DNA of 63,035 nt, counting the filler, from Octopus bimaculoides (Eukaryota), in NCBI RefSeq assembly GCF_001194135.2. It is 6 parts of 6 records of this genome, joined end to end, with 100 filler letters (N's around TTAATTAATTAA, not from the genome) between each part and the next. Parts side by side here need not be neighbours in the genome. Positions count along the whole stretch, not along the records: positions 1 to 20,928 come from NC_068999.1; positions 21,029 to 42,272 come from NC_068994.1; 4 more parts are not named here. One strand, given 5' to 3'. The notes below the pieces were generated by a model. The model had not been told where the DNA came from, searched no databases, and was given only the letters and a program-made list of their open reading frames with translations. The stretch's first letter is position 1, and each line of letters begins with the position of its first letter. This document shows, one piece after another, positions 12,533 to 24,581 of the stretch. The translations under genes and the position numbers were made by a program.

Positions 12533-13966
12533 TTAATAAACTTCGGTTTGTACCACCAAGTTAGGTCCCTTAATTCTAGATTTTGCTTCCACGTCAGGAA
12601 TTTCTTCTTTAAGTCTTCTATAGACGTTGCAACAAGTTTCCACAGACAGACAGCCTTGAACTATTTTATTATGCCTTAACGAACTAATAAACAGGAAGAA
12701 ATGAGACATGAGCCTCCATTAGTACGTAACTGCGCACTAAATTACTTAGTGTACTCAAATCTAACGATTACTTTGCTGTCTATATTTCTGTATGTGGCTT
12801 GCACTGTACTCACAAGCTTCTCTCACAAGCTGATATGTCGTCTTCTTAAAAGAAAAGCCGCTAGTTACTCTGTCAGACGTCTTCTTCAGATCAAATATGC
12901 TAGGTAGAGAGGCTTACTATTAGCCAAAAATTTCTATATGAAGAGCTTTTACAAAATTTCCATCTACCTAAATTTGTTCATAATGTATGCTGTAACGTCA
13001 CTTTATGCACGTGCCTTCTACCAGTTTCATAAAGTGAAATTATGGTAGAATGTACGTGCCTAAGGTGCCACAAAATAACACCGAACACGGAATTCATGAC
13101 TACGAGGCGAACTTCTTAACTACAGAATTATACCTGGGCCAAATACATCTTTTATCAACTCTTGGTAGGAATTAAACTCAGAGCATAGAAGGGCGAAGCT
13201 AAATACAATAAATCATTTAGTCCCAGCGCGCATTACACACTATCGCCTTTCTTTTACACAAATAAAATTGAATGAAAACAACTCCAACGCTCTTACCATT
13301 CATTAACATATTGCACAGTCAAACACGTATTATATCGTACACGGAATTCTTCAATATATTGCCATTGGTGTCGTCTTGCTGAATCGTAAAAGAATCGCTT
13401 TTGCTTTGATGGGAACAATCTCTTCCGTTTGAATTATACTGCCAGCTTAGAATAATTCTTTTCTATGGTAGCTTTAGTTACAAGTCTCTGCTTTATCACT
13501 TCAATTTCAATACGAAACCCTTTTCTCTTTCATCTAATATTTCCGTATCAGTATTCTTTGCTCAGATTTCTGTAACATTCTTCTGTTCACCCACAATGCC
13601 ATAATTAAAGGTTCTACTAAGATCTTTCTTCAGATTCCTGATACCTCCGCTGGGTATTTTACCAAGTGCGTTCACCTGTCTACTTCTCTCTTTCTTTCTT
13701 CATTCCCACTTGTTTTATGGTGAATATTTTTCTTACTTGCCCATGAGATTATGCGATTAAGCAGTGTTGTATATCGACAGGTCTTTGAATATGCTCTCTC
13801 TCTCTCTCTTTCTCTCTCTCTCCAGATATTCCTTCAGTTTAATATTTTCTTATTCACACGCAAACATAAGTACATATACTTACACACTTGTACACATAAA
13901 AACGTGTATACACATATGTATGTGTATATACACATACATATATATATATATTTTTATGTCCCGCAG

Positions 13967-14141
13967 AGTGTTCAACAAGCACCTACCTCACCAAGCAAGC
14001 CTGGTGGGGTTGCCAGATTAGTCGCCGACGACCCGACCATGGAAGAGGTTGTACTGGACTACATGGTACCAGTAGCACTGAAGAGCGACCTGAAATATGT
14101 GTGTGGTTTGTGGACGAAGGTGTTTGAGTTGTCCAGGCCTG
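13967..14141 (+). other. Candidate orphan internal exon (175 nt)
   Basis: ttttatgtcccgcAG acceptor, G|GTGAGC donor, one open frame, GC-richer than flanks; no recognised homology. Confidence 0.2.
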
Positions 14142-14294
14142 GTGAGCCATCGAAATTCTCATAGAATTCGACCCATGATAAATAATGATGTGGCTGTGTG
14201 ATATACTATGTGATATACTGTGTGATATACTGTGTATATCGTGTATGTGTGTATGTATGTACGTATGTATATACATATATATATGTATGTATGT

Positions 14295-14357
<63 letters not shown>

Positions 14358-14376
14358 TACAGACAGGTAAGTAAAC

Positions 14377-14407
<31 letters not shown>

Positions 14408-14488
14408 CAGATAGATTGAATATTAATTCAATTTAAAACTAAGTGGCCTAGCATATAAAAAAATCTCAAAATTCAGAAAAAATTGTAT

Positions 14489-14606
14489 TACACGTGTATA
14501 AGGGACGACCACTAGGTGGACATCCAATATGCTAGAAAGTGGTTGGGTTGTTGATGACCTCATTCTAGCATACTAGATGTCCACCTAGTGGTCATCCCTT
14601 ATACAC

Positions 14607-14611
<5 letters not shown>
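14489..14611. mobile_element. MITE-like foldback: 49-bp inverted arms with a 25-nt loop, TA-flanked
   Basis: tacacgtgtataagggacgaccactaggtggacatccaatatgctagaa vs reverse complement of 14563-14611, 4 mismatches. Confidence 0.7.
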
Positions 14612-14642
<31 letters not shown>

Positions 14643-14827
14643 CAGAGAAAGTACATAACTTTGAAACAACATGGAAAATTGAGTACTTTTAATCAGAGTT
14701 TCACGTTCCGTCCGTCGGACATTGTGATATTTTTGCTATTTTTTTAATAATAATATATATATATATATCCAAATGTACCCACATGTGAATTTTTGGGGAT
14801 GGTTTTCCTCCGTCTTCCTTTTCTCTT

Positions 14828-14862
14828 GTTTCTGAAGAAGAGATTTGCTCAAAACATAAAAC
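14828..14862 (+). ncRNA. Decayed minimal type I hammerhead motif within a pLTR-like repeat (about 14765-14970)
   Basis: gttt-CTGAAGA-a-GAG..CTC-AAAA-CAT-A-aaac; GAAA and ACGT each lost a CpG. Confidence 0.5.
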
Positions 14863-15209
14863 CACCTTCGTTTCCTTCCCTGAGTGTCTGCTAACATTTT
14901 GTATGTACCACGTGCTCGTGTTTTTTTTTCTTGTGTTCGTTCTCCGTATTTTCGGCATTTACTATGTATGTATATATATATAATACATAATATATATATA
15001 TATAATATATATATATATATAATACATAATATATATNNNNNNNNNNNNNNNNNNNNNNNNNNNNNNNNNNNNNNNNNNNNNNNNNNNNNNNNNNNNNNNN
15101 NNNNNNNNNNNNNNNNNNNNNNNNNNNNNNNNNNNNNNNNNNNNNNNNNNNNNNNNNNNNNNNNNNNNNNNNNNNNNNNNNNNNNNNNNNNNNNNNNNNN
15201 NNNNNNNNN

Positions 15210-15241
<32 letters not shown>

Positions 15242-15319
15242 AGAGAGAATATAGACGAGATGTGCTGAAAAAAGGAATTTATCTGTGAATATAATATGTG
15301 ACAATTATTCGGTAGCCAT

Positions 15320-15380
15320 GATAAAATTCCGAGTTTCGGATGTCGAGACGGAAACCCACACCGGAATCTCTTCAGTTATC
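15320..15380 (-). ncRNA. Type I hammerhead-like motif
   Basis: gataa-CTGAAGA-[31 nt]-GAAA-CTCGGAAT-T-ttatc; perfect 5-bp stem I, imperfect stems II and III. Confidence 0.5.
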
Positions 15381-17156
15381 GAGACATCGAAAAGAATGCT
15401 ATGAAAATGGCCGTTAAACAAAGGGAAATTACTTTGTGATTGACCGTTATTAAGACAAACGAGCTATAAGAATGAGCGCTCAGTAAATAGAGGGAGTAAA
15501 GGTAAGGGAGCAAGAATGTCCATAGTATTCGCGTAAGCGCGCATGTCCATACATACACATACGCGCCCGCACACCCACGTACATGCACCTATACGTATAT
15601 ACTGATCCACCCTCACTTGAAAAACACACATGCTCACCAACACATATATGTATATATGTATATATATGTATATATATATATATATGTATATATATATGTA
15701 TATATATATATATATATACCGGCCATGATGAAATACTACAAAGTATAGAAAATATGAAATACCACAAGGTATAGAAAATATTCTGCCTTTATATATTTAT
15801 ATATTTAATCCTTTATATTGAACACTCAATATTTCATCTATTCAATAAGACATATTCCATATATTCAATAAGACATTCAATACTTTATTTCATAGTACCA
15901 TCCATTTTTATTGGTTTTGCAGGAATATAAATAAAACATAAAAAACAGACAGTGTTGGAACTCTTNNNNNNNNNNNNNNNNNNNNNNNNNNNNNNNNNNN
16001 NNNNNNNNNNNNNNNNNNNNNNNNNNNNNNNNNNNNNNNNNNNNNNNNNNNNNNNNNNNNNNNNNNNNNNNNNNNNNNNNNNNNNNNNNNNNNNNNNNNN
16101 NNNNNNNNNNNNNNNNNNNNNNNNNNNNNNNNNNNNNNNNNNNNNNNNNNNNNNNNNNNNNNNNNNNNNNNNNNNNNNNNNNNNNNNNNNNNNNNNNNNN
16201 NNNNNNNNNNNNNNNNNNNNNNNNNNNNNNNNNNNNNNNNNNNNNNNNNNNNNNNNNNNNNNNNNNNNNNNNNNNNNNNNNNNNNNNNNNNNNNNNNNNN
16301 NNNNNNNNNNNNNNNNNNNNNNNNNNNNNNNNNNNNNNNNNNNNNNNNNNNNNNNNNNNNNNNNNNNNNNNNNNNNNNNNNNNNNNNNNNNNNNNNNNNN
16401 NNNNNNNNNNNNNNNNNNNNNNNNNNNNNNNNNNNNNNNNNNNNNNNNNNNNNNNNNNNNNNNNNNNNNNNNNNNNNNNNNNNNNNNNNNNNNNNNNNNN
16501 NNNNNNNNNNNNNNNNNNNNNNNNNNNNNNNNNNNNNNNNNNNNNNNNNNNNNNNNNNNNNNNNNNNNNNNNNNNNNNNNNNNNNNNNNNNNNNNNNNNN
16601 NNNNNNNNNNNNNNNNNNNNNNNNNNNNNNNNNNNNNNNNNNNNNNNNNNNNNNNNNNNNNNNNNNNNNNNNNNNNNNNNNNNNNNNNNNNNNNNNNNNN
16701 NNNNNNNNNNNNNNNNNNNNNNNNNNNNNNNNNNNNNNNNNNNNNNNNNNNNNNNNNNNNNNNNNNNNNNNNNNNNNNNNNNNNNNNNNNNNNNNNNNNN
16801 NNNNNNNNNNNNNNNNNNNNNNNNNNNNNNNNNNNNNNNNNNNNNNNNNNNNNNNNNNNNNNNNNNNNNNNNNNNNNNNNNNNNNNNNAAGAGGTGCAGC
16901 ATGAGCGCCTTGCAAATTTCGGAAAGAAATACACACATTTTTAATGAAATTTTACAGAGACAGATCTTCGATGGCATAAATTGTTATTATGTTGATAATA
17001 TTCAGAAAACTAATAACATATATTTATTGCAAATAATCAAATAAGAAATTTGTTTTAAGTTTATTTTAAGGTAATAATTTTTTTTTTTTTTGAAAATTAG
17101 TAGCTATTTTAGTATTTCCTATAAGCATCAAGAAATTGAAGAAATTTAATTTATAT

Positions 17157-17562
17157 AGGCGCAGGAGTGGCTGTGTGGTAAGTAGCTTGCCTACCAACCA
17201 CATGGTTGCGGATTCATTCCCACTGCGTGGTACGTTGGGCAAGTGTCTACTAATATAGCCTCGGGTCAACCAAAGTGTTGTGAGTGGATTTGGTAGACAG
17301 AAACTGAAAGAAGCCTGTCGTATATATGTATATGTATATGTATGTATGTGTATATGTTTGTGTGTCTGTGTTTGTCTCCCCCCAACATCGCTTGACAACC
17401 GATGCTGGGGTGTTTACGTCCCCGTAACTTAGCTGTTCGGCAAAAAGAGACCAATAGAATAAGTACTAGGCTTCCAAAGAATAAGTCCTGGGGTCGATTT
17501 GGTCGACTAAAGGCGGTGCTGCAGCATGGCCGCAGTCAAATGACTGAAGCAAGTAAAAGAGT
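17157..17562 (+). mobile_element. tRNA-derived SINE family A, full length, with internal microsatellite
   Basis: A-box-like TGGCTGTGTGG head, ttgggcaagtgtct core, internal (TA/TG)n, tail aagtaaaagag; eight or more copies in the window. Confidence 0.9.
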
Positions 17563-18280
17563 ATCTTATATGTCGTAGTTTCTGCTCTTACCCATCATGA
17601 CAAAAGTATACTTTTAAATTACCCATTACATGACGGGTAACGTTCTAGTTTAAATATGATGTATGTCCTTACTGAACAAAATATATACTTCCATGTTATT
17701 TTGATTTATGTCATTTTAATACACACTCACGTGCATACACACGCATACACTGAGCATTACTTTCATTTTATTCAATATATTTATATACTATATTAAGATA
17801 CGTATTAAGATAGACTAAACACAATTATTTTTTAGTATTCCTGTGAATTTCTTGCTTCAAAATGCATCTCTGGTATATTTTGAGTGATTATGCGTATATA
17901 CATACGCATACACAGTCACACAGACAAACACATATATGTGTGTGTTTAAATACATGTATATATGTATGTATGCATGAACGATTGCATGTATGCATGCATG
18001 TATATGTATGCATGTATGTATGCATGAATGTATATAATACATGCATACATTATTCTTTGTAATAATATAAAAGTAACAAACCAAGTTATATTGTAATCAA
18101 TGCTACAGCAGAGTATTGTAACAACAATAAAACATAAACGGGTGACAGAATTAGAATTTTCTAAATAAATCGTACGACTGAAACTCGTATCAAACTACGT
18201 TAGCTCTTTATATTTTCTTAAGTATATATACCTATGTATATACATATACAAACACACATACACACACACGCACACACACG

Positions 18281-18316
<36 letters not shown>

Positions 18317-18639
18317 NNNNNNNNNNNNNNNNNNNNNNNNNNNNNNNNNNNNNNNNNNNNNNNNNNNNNNNNNNNNNNNNNNNNNNNNNNNNNNNNNNNN
18401 NNNNNNNNNNNNNNNNNNNNNNNNNNNNNNNNNNNNNNNNNNNNNNNNNNNNNNNNNNNNNNNNNNNNNNNNNNNNNNNNNNNNNNNNNNNNNNNNNNNN
18501 NNNNNNNNNNNNNNNNNNNNNNNNNNNNNNNNNNNNNNNNNNNNNNNNNNNNNNNNNNNNNNNNNNNNNNNNNNNNNNNNNNNNNNNNNNNNNNNNNNNN
18601 NNNNNNNNNNCTTCTTCTTCTTCTTGACTTCAACTTATT

Positions 18640-18850
18640 CAATTATATATATACATAGGAGAATTTACGAAAAAAACAACAAAGACAGGTGGTGAAAACA
18701 ACAAATGGATGTATTAGTATAACGCTCGGGAATAGAGAAAGTCTTTAACGTTTCGAGCCTACACTCTTCAACAGAAAGGAACACAGAAAGAAACAAGAAG
18801 AGAAACAAGGAGCGAAAAAAATATAAATGTAGTGGTCAGTGATCTATCAG
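18640..18850 (-). mobile_element. pLTR-like repeat carrying a variant hammerhead at 18743-18778
   Basis: Minus strand cttt-CTGTTGA-a-GAGT gtag GCTC-GAAA-CGT-T-aaag. Confidence 0.5.
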
Positions 18851-19001
18851 AGGTTTGAATAACCGTCTAAGGGATAAAAGTATCCATTATACTACCGGTA
18901 TGATTACTTGCGTTAGCCCTGGACATACATATGCAAGCATATTATGCCCATAGATTACAAGTAATGACAAAGATAAACATGAGTTTATCAGCAATCAAAT
19001 T

Positions 19002-19338
19002 TAAAGTAAACAGAAAATGGAGAAATATTGATCAACAACAATTGACTAACATCAATTATTATTTTTTTAATTCAATACAAATATGCTGCATCCCATCTGT
19101 CAGCTGCTTCTGCTTCTAACGTTATATGGTATTGCCATTGATATGCTAAAAATAATATTCATCATATTTGGTAATATGATGAATATTATTTTTAGCATAT
19201 CAATGGCAATACCATATAACACTGGAAGCAGAAACAGCTGTTAGATGGGATGCAGCATATTTGTATTGAATTAAAAAATAATAATTGATGTAAGTCAATT
19301 ATTCTTGATCAATATACCTCCATTTTCTGTTTACTTTA
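19002..19338. repeat. 337-bp near-perfect palindrome (arms ~167 bp, 4-nt loop TGGT at 19169-19172)
   Basis: Manual arm alignment gives about 12 differences. Confidence 0.95.
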
Positions 19339-19404
19339 TATATATATATATATCGTTTGTAAAAACATAGATCCGAAAGAAGCGCACTCGAACATGTAGG
19401 GCAG

Positions 19405-19900
19405 TATATATTAAAATGGGGAGGGCCAGTTTATGGGATTACCTTAGGTTTCCCGTCCATAAAAGGGCTAGCTTTATGGCGTATCGTCAGATCCCAAAAA
19501 TCTGTTGGCCCAAGACCTCTTAAAAATATGGTGGAGAAAATGCCTCACTACTCAAAGGTAACAATTGGGGATTATATCCCTTTGCTACTGGCTATCGACT
19601 TGCAGCTGTTCCGCCATCTTGTGGCCCCCAAAAGCTAGCAAGTACCTCCTGAAATGTAAACGTGGCTCGAAAATCTCCGTTCTGGAGTTATGGATGTTCC
19701 CTGGTTCGAGTTAGTCCTTTAGATTCTCATGCGTTCAGCTATCTATAACTTACCATGCTTCATCAAGTGATGCAGGGGCCTGAGTTCACGAGGATTGCCC
19801 ATGAGATCGAGTATGGAATCCCATTATCTTTTAGTCGCCAGACGTGGCTGGCCACTGATGTTACGCATCTCTTTTCCGCTGGTATTGCAGTTGCAGCCGT
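19405..19900 (-). mobile_element. Penelope-like element 3' part (GIY-YIG C-terminus plus terminal repeat), inverted arm
   Basis: Minus strand SHVWRLKDNGIPYSISWAIL..NSRTEIF; homologous to 20489-20862. Confidence 0.8.
19434..19496 (-). ncRNA. Type I hammerhead ribozyme with intact catalytic core
   Basis: tgggat-CTGACGA-[stem II ccataaag/ctttTatgg]-GAAA-CCTAAGGT-A-atccca; GUA cleavage triplet. Confidence 0.8.
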
Positions 19901-20862
19901 AGACACGAGAACAGAACCAGCAACACCGCCACCACCTCCACAGTTAACAACATTAGCAACAATAGAAATAACAGCACCAGCGACAGCATTGGCAATTCAT
20001 TGGACGGCATCCACAACAGTAACAACAACGCTAACAACAACAGCAACACCAGCACCAGCATTACCAACAGCAGATCTGATAACCCCTATAGCAGCAGCAA
20101 CAGGTCCAGTGCCACCCCCAGCAATAACGGCAATAATGGCAGCAATGGGAATAGCAGCAGCAGCGACAGTGGCCCTAGCAGAAACATCAGCAGAACCACA
20201 GCTAATGACATATCTAGCAGTAACGGCAACTCTCCCACCAATGCAAAGGACGACAATAATAACAGCGCCTTCACCATAACCGGCACTGACGCCACCACCA
20301 CCTCCAGCGATGCCAGCTCCAGCAGACCCAGCTCCAACAACAACGACGTCAGTGGCAACACCAACAACAACACCAGCAGATGCAGCACCAACAACACACG
20401 CCCAGGGAGATACATTGAATTTCCGGGAACTCTTTCAAGCAACGTCTCTCCAACCACAGATCCTCCTTCAGGGTTCCAGAAAGGCGCTACGTAACATCCA
20501 CGTCTGGCAACTAAGAGACTATGAGATTCCATACTAAATCTCATGGAAAATCCTCGAGAACCAAGGCGCCTGCATCAACACGACCAAGCTTTGCAAGTTA
20601 TGCATAGCTGAATGCGCGAGAATCCTAAAGGATTCACTCGAACCAGAGAACATCTTTAACTCCAGAACGGAGATTTTCAGGACACGTTTACATTTCAGGA
20701 GGTTCCTACTAGCTTTTTGGAACCCACAAGATGACAGCAAAGGGAGATAATACCCAATTGTTACCTTTGAGTAGTGAGGCATTTCCTCCTCCATATTTTT
20801 AAGAAATCTTGGGTCAACAGGTTTTTGGGATGTGACGATGCGTCATAAAGCTAAACCATTTT
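19901..20862 (+). mobile_element. Penelope-like element fragment: Asn/Ser/Thr low-complexity segment, GIY-YIG C-terminus, truncated terminal repeat
   Basis: HVWQLRDYEIPY*ISWKIL..TKLCKLCIAE..IFNSRTEIF; partial hammerhead GGGAT-GTGACGA at 20827-20838. Confidence 0.8.
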
Positions 20863-20897
20863 GCCATTAAAAACACACACACACGCACACACACACT

Positions 20898-20928
<31 letters not shown>

Positions 20929-21438
20929 NNNNNNNNNNNNNNNNNNNNNNNNNNNNNNNNNNNNNNNNNNNNTTAATTAATTAANNNNNNNNNNNNNNNN
21001 NNNNNNNNNNNNNNNNNNNNNNNNNNNNTAAGCAACAAAGATTTTTAAGATTTTGATTTTTTGATCACCTAGTTTTTGGAATGGATTTTATATAATACCA
21101 TACCATACTATATTCTGGTGCCTAAACATAAGTACCATATTTAATTTTTGAATCTAAATCTAAAACTTTATATACATATATATATATATACATACATACA
21201 CACACACACACATATATGTGTGTGAGTGTATATATATATATATGTATGTATGTGAATATGTCTTTGTATGTGTGTGTGTGGATACATATATATTTATATG
21301 TATATATATATACATATAAATATGTCTATATGTGTGTGAGTATGTAAATGTTTGTTTATGTGCATGTATGTATGTTTATGTGTGTATATATATATGTATA
21401 CATATCTATTTGTCTCTCTCTCTGTCTGTCTGTCTGTC

Positions 21439-21505
<67 letters not shown>

Positions 21506-21674
21506 GTATATATATGTATATACAATTGCACTAACCATTGACCTGCATAACTAATTTTTTTACAGTTTGCATTGTTTGGCTTTAAAAAGAACATAGTTGA
21601 AACATTTATACATACCACACAATGCTTCATGACAACTATATTACTATATGCATCCACACACACACACATATATG

Positions 21675-21705
<31 letters not shown>

Positions 21706-21929
21706 ATACATACATGTATGCATACATATGTGTGTATAAACATACAAATAGTATAGTTGTGGATATTTGCTCAAGGTGCTGTGTTACCTCCAGACAGTCT
21801 TGTCTATCTTTACTGGGCAGCGACAGCTTTTGTTCTCAACATCGGTCAGAGAAACACTGAAGTGTGCTTCCATATACCGGTGTATGTTACATACTGACCC
21901 CTGCAAATCAGCATGGAAGGGCACACCCT

Positions 21930-22280
21930 TTATGCAGTTGAACTCCTCACCTACACATGAGTGTTATTTCTAATGACAGTGAAAAGGATGTTGTCTTTGA
22001 CAACGGCATTGCTAATGGTCAACTCCTTTTGGACATCTGCAAAACTGTCCACTTCAACTGTCCACCGAGTTTGAAGTCTATAGAGCAGTTATCATCACAA
22101 CTCTCCAGCATGGTTCAGAAGCTTGGGTGCTGTACAGAAAGCAAAGGAAGATGCTGCAATGCCTTCACTCTATCATGGACATCTCATTGGATGAACAAAT
22201 TCTCAACAAGAAAGTCAACAAGCAGACCAATGTTCCAAGCATTGAAATCATACTGTTGGTATTGTGAAGCCTTGGTATTG
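21930..22280 (+). mobile_element. RTE (BovB-like) LINE RT fragment
   Basis: SVISND, VYRAVIITTLQHGSEAWVLYRKQ, NVPSIE. Confidence 0.75.
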
Positions 22281-23170
22281 CTGGGAAACTGGGAGAGTGG
22301 CTGCATGAATTTCTGAAGGGCAGGATTCAGACAGATATAGCCAATGATGCTCATTCTGAAGAGATACCAATTCTCAGGGGAATTCTACAGGGAACTGTAT
22401 TGGGGCCACTACTATTTCTGGTGGCCCTCTCCGACATGCCCTCTGTGGTGCAGTCAGCCAATCTGACCAGTTATGCTGATGACAAAAGTATCATATACAG
22501 TTAGGAACCCAGAGGACATCATAAAACTGCAGAAAGACGTGAATGAAATATGAAATGGAATTTCAGGCACTCCACTATCAGCCCAACACCAGGTTAAAAT
22601 CGGAGTACATTGGACCGGAAGGTAATACAACGTCAAAGTCAGAGTCCGTGACCTAGAGAATCACATGAACAATGATGCAACATTCCATGTGCATATTAAC
22701 AAGATGGCAACACTGTGCAGGTGAGTGGCTGGACGGATTCTGAGGACATTCAGAATCAGGAACAGGGGGATCCTGCTACTCCTATGGAGGACTTTCATTC
22801 TCAGCCACTTGGACTACTGCTCCCAACTATGATTCCCAGTGAGTGTGAAACAAACTGTGGAACTCGAAGCAATCCAGCACCAATACACAAAGAAGATTGA
22901 CTCAATGCAAAAGATGGGATGCTGGGAGAAGCCAAAGGAACCGAGTCTCTATTCCCTGGAGAGAAGACGAGAGAGACATGCAGTTATATATATACTTAGA
23001 AGATTTTGGGAGGTTTAGCTCCTAATTTTGGAATAGACATCTATACCAATCCTTAAACTGGATTGCACTGCATCATACCAAATATCCTGTCTTCCCCATC
23101 TAAAATAAGAACACAGTACTGCAATAGGCTGGGTTTCAAGGGCCCACAATTGTTCAACATCTTGCCTGGC
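22281..23170 (+). mobile_element. CR1-like LINE RT C-terminal fragment
   Basis: GKLGEWLHEFLKGR, QGTVLGPLLFL, YADD, ILRTF, HLDYCSQL, SLYSLERRRER, GPQLFNILP. Confidence 0.85.
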
Positions 23171-23575
23171 AACTAGTAGTATATCTTCTTTGCTAAGGTC
23201 GATGTATTTTATCTAAACTGCCTCGCTGGTTATAGGTGAGGATTATTGCGGGCTTTTTTCAATCTCCATCACACACATATTTATATATGTATATATATAT
23301 ATACATATTTACATATGAATATATATATACATATTTACATATGTATATATATATATATACACATATTTATGTATGTTTTTTTATATATATATATATATAT
23401 ATACATATTTATATATGTATATATACATATATATTTATGTGTGTGTGTATATATATATATATATATACATATTTATATATATATGTATATATATATATAT
23501 ATGTGTATGTATATATATGTATATATATATATATATATGTGTGTGTGTATATATGTGTGTGTATATATATGTATG

Positions 23576-23615
<40 letters not shown>

Positions 23616-23737
23616 TGTATGTATATATATGTATATGTGTGTATGTATATATATATTTATTTATTTATGTGTTTCAGCCAAGTGGCTGCGGTCATGCTGG
23701 TGCACCACCGTGAATATGTATGTATGTAATATATATA

Positions 23738-23768
<31 letters not shown>

Positions 23769-24581
23769 AGGTATATATATATATATTATACATGTATCTA
23801 AATGTATGTATAATACCATTTCAGTTGATACACATGTCTGTGTTTATACGTATATAAATGTGTGTGTATTAGAAGAGGTTTTGCTTGGATGTTCCTCTTC
23901 CTGTTTCCTTATCTCCCTTTTCTCTCCAATAGTTTGTCTAAGTATTTTTCATCGTTTTTGCCCCTCCCATCACTCAATTTATTCCTCTGCTACTTCCGTC
24001 CTATTTCCCTCCCAGTTTCTCTAAGCTAACTCCTGTTTCAGTCTCTTTCTTCCGTTATGCCTTTTCTTTCTCAGTCTCACCTACTGAATCCATCTGACAC
24101 CACCATCAGCAATCTTTATATTTCTGTTCCAGCTTCCTGATTGCTTACTCTCCTTTATAAATTTTTTTGATTTCATCACAAGCGATAAATTCCTCCATTT
24201 CTGGCTATCTATCTCTCCCTTCCTCTTTCTCTTTCTGCCTCTCTCTCTCTCTCTTTGTTGTGTATGTTTATATTTCTTTTGTCTGGCCAAGTTAGGCTTC
24301 GGGAGAGCATGTTATACATGCTTGCAGCACACACATACACACAAACACACATGCACATATGCAAATGAATTTAGTGAAACTTAAAGACACATTATTCCTC
24401 TCTATAGTTATATGTGTTTATGATAAGGAACAAAGGAGAGGAGACAACAAAAATTTTTTTATACATAGAAATCCAGTTATACAATTTCAGAACATTCACA
24501 ATTGCAGAACATTCTCAACTAAAGAACTTGATTTTAAAAGCATGAATTAAGAAACAGAATAGATATTATTTTATTCACTAT

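Noticed and set aside
20973-20984. TTAATTAATTAA centred in N runs (also 42317, 55407, 57796, 61042)
   Set aside because: Where counted it is 44 N + 12 nt + 44 N = 100 bp; an artificial scaffolding linker with stops in all frames, not biology.
23236-24024. YI/VC/poly-I/poly-L ORFs (also 3.9-4.1, 21.3-21.8, 33.0-33.2, 57.5-57.8 and 59.7-60.0 kb)
   Set aside because: Translations of di- and trinucleotide microsatellites.
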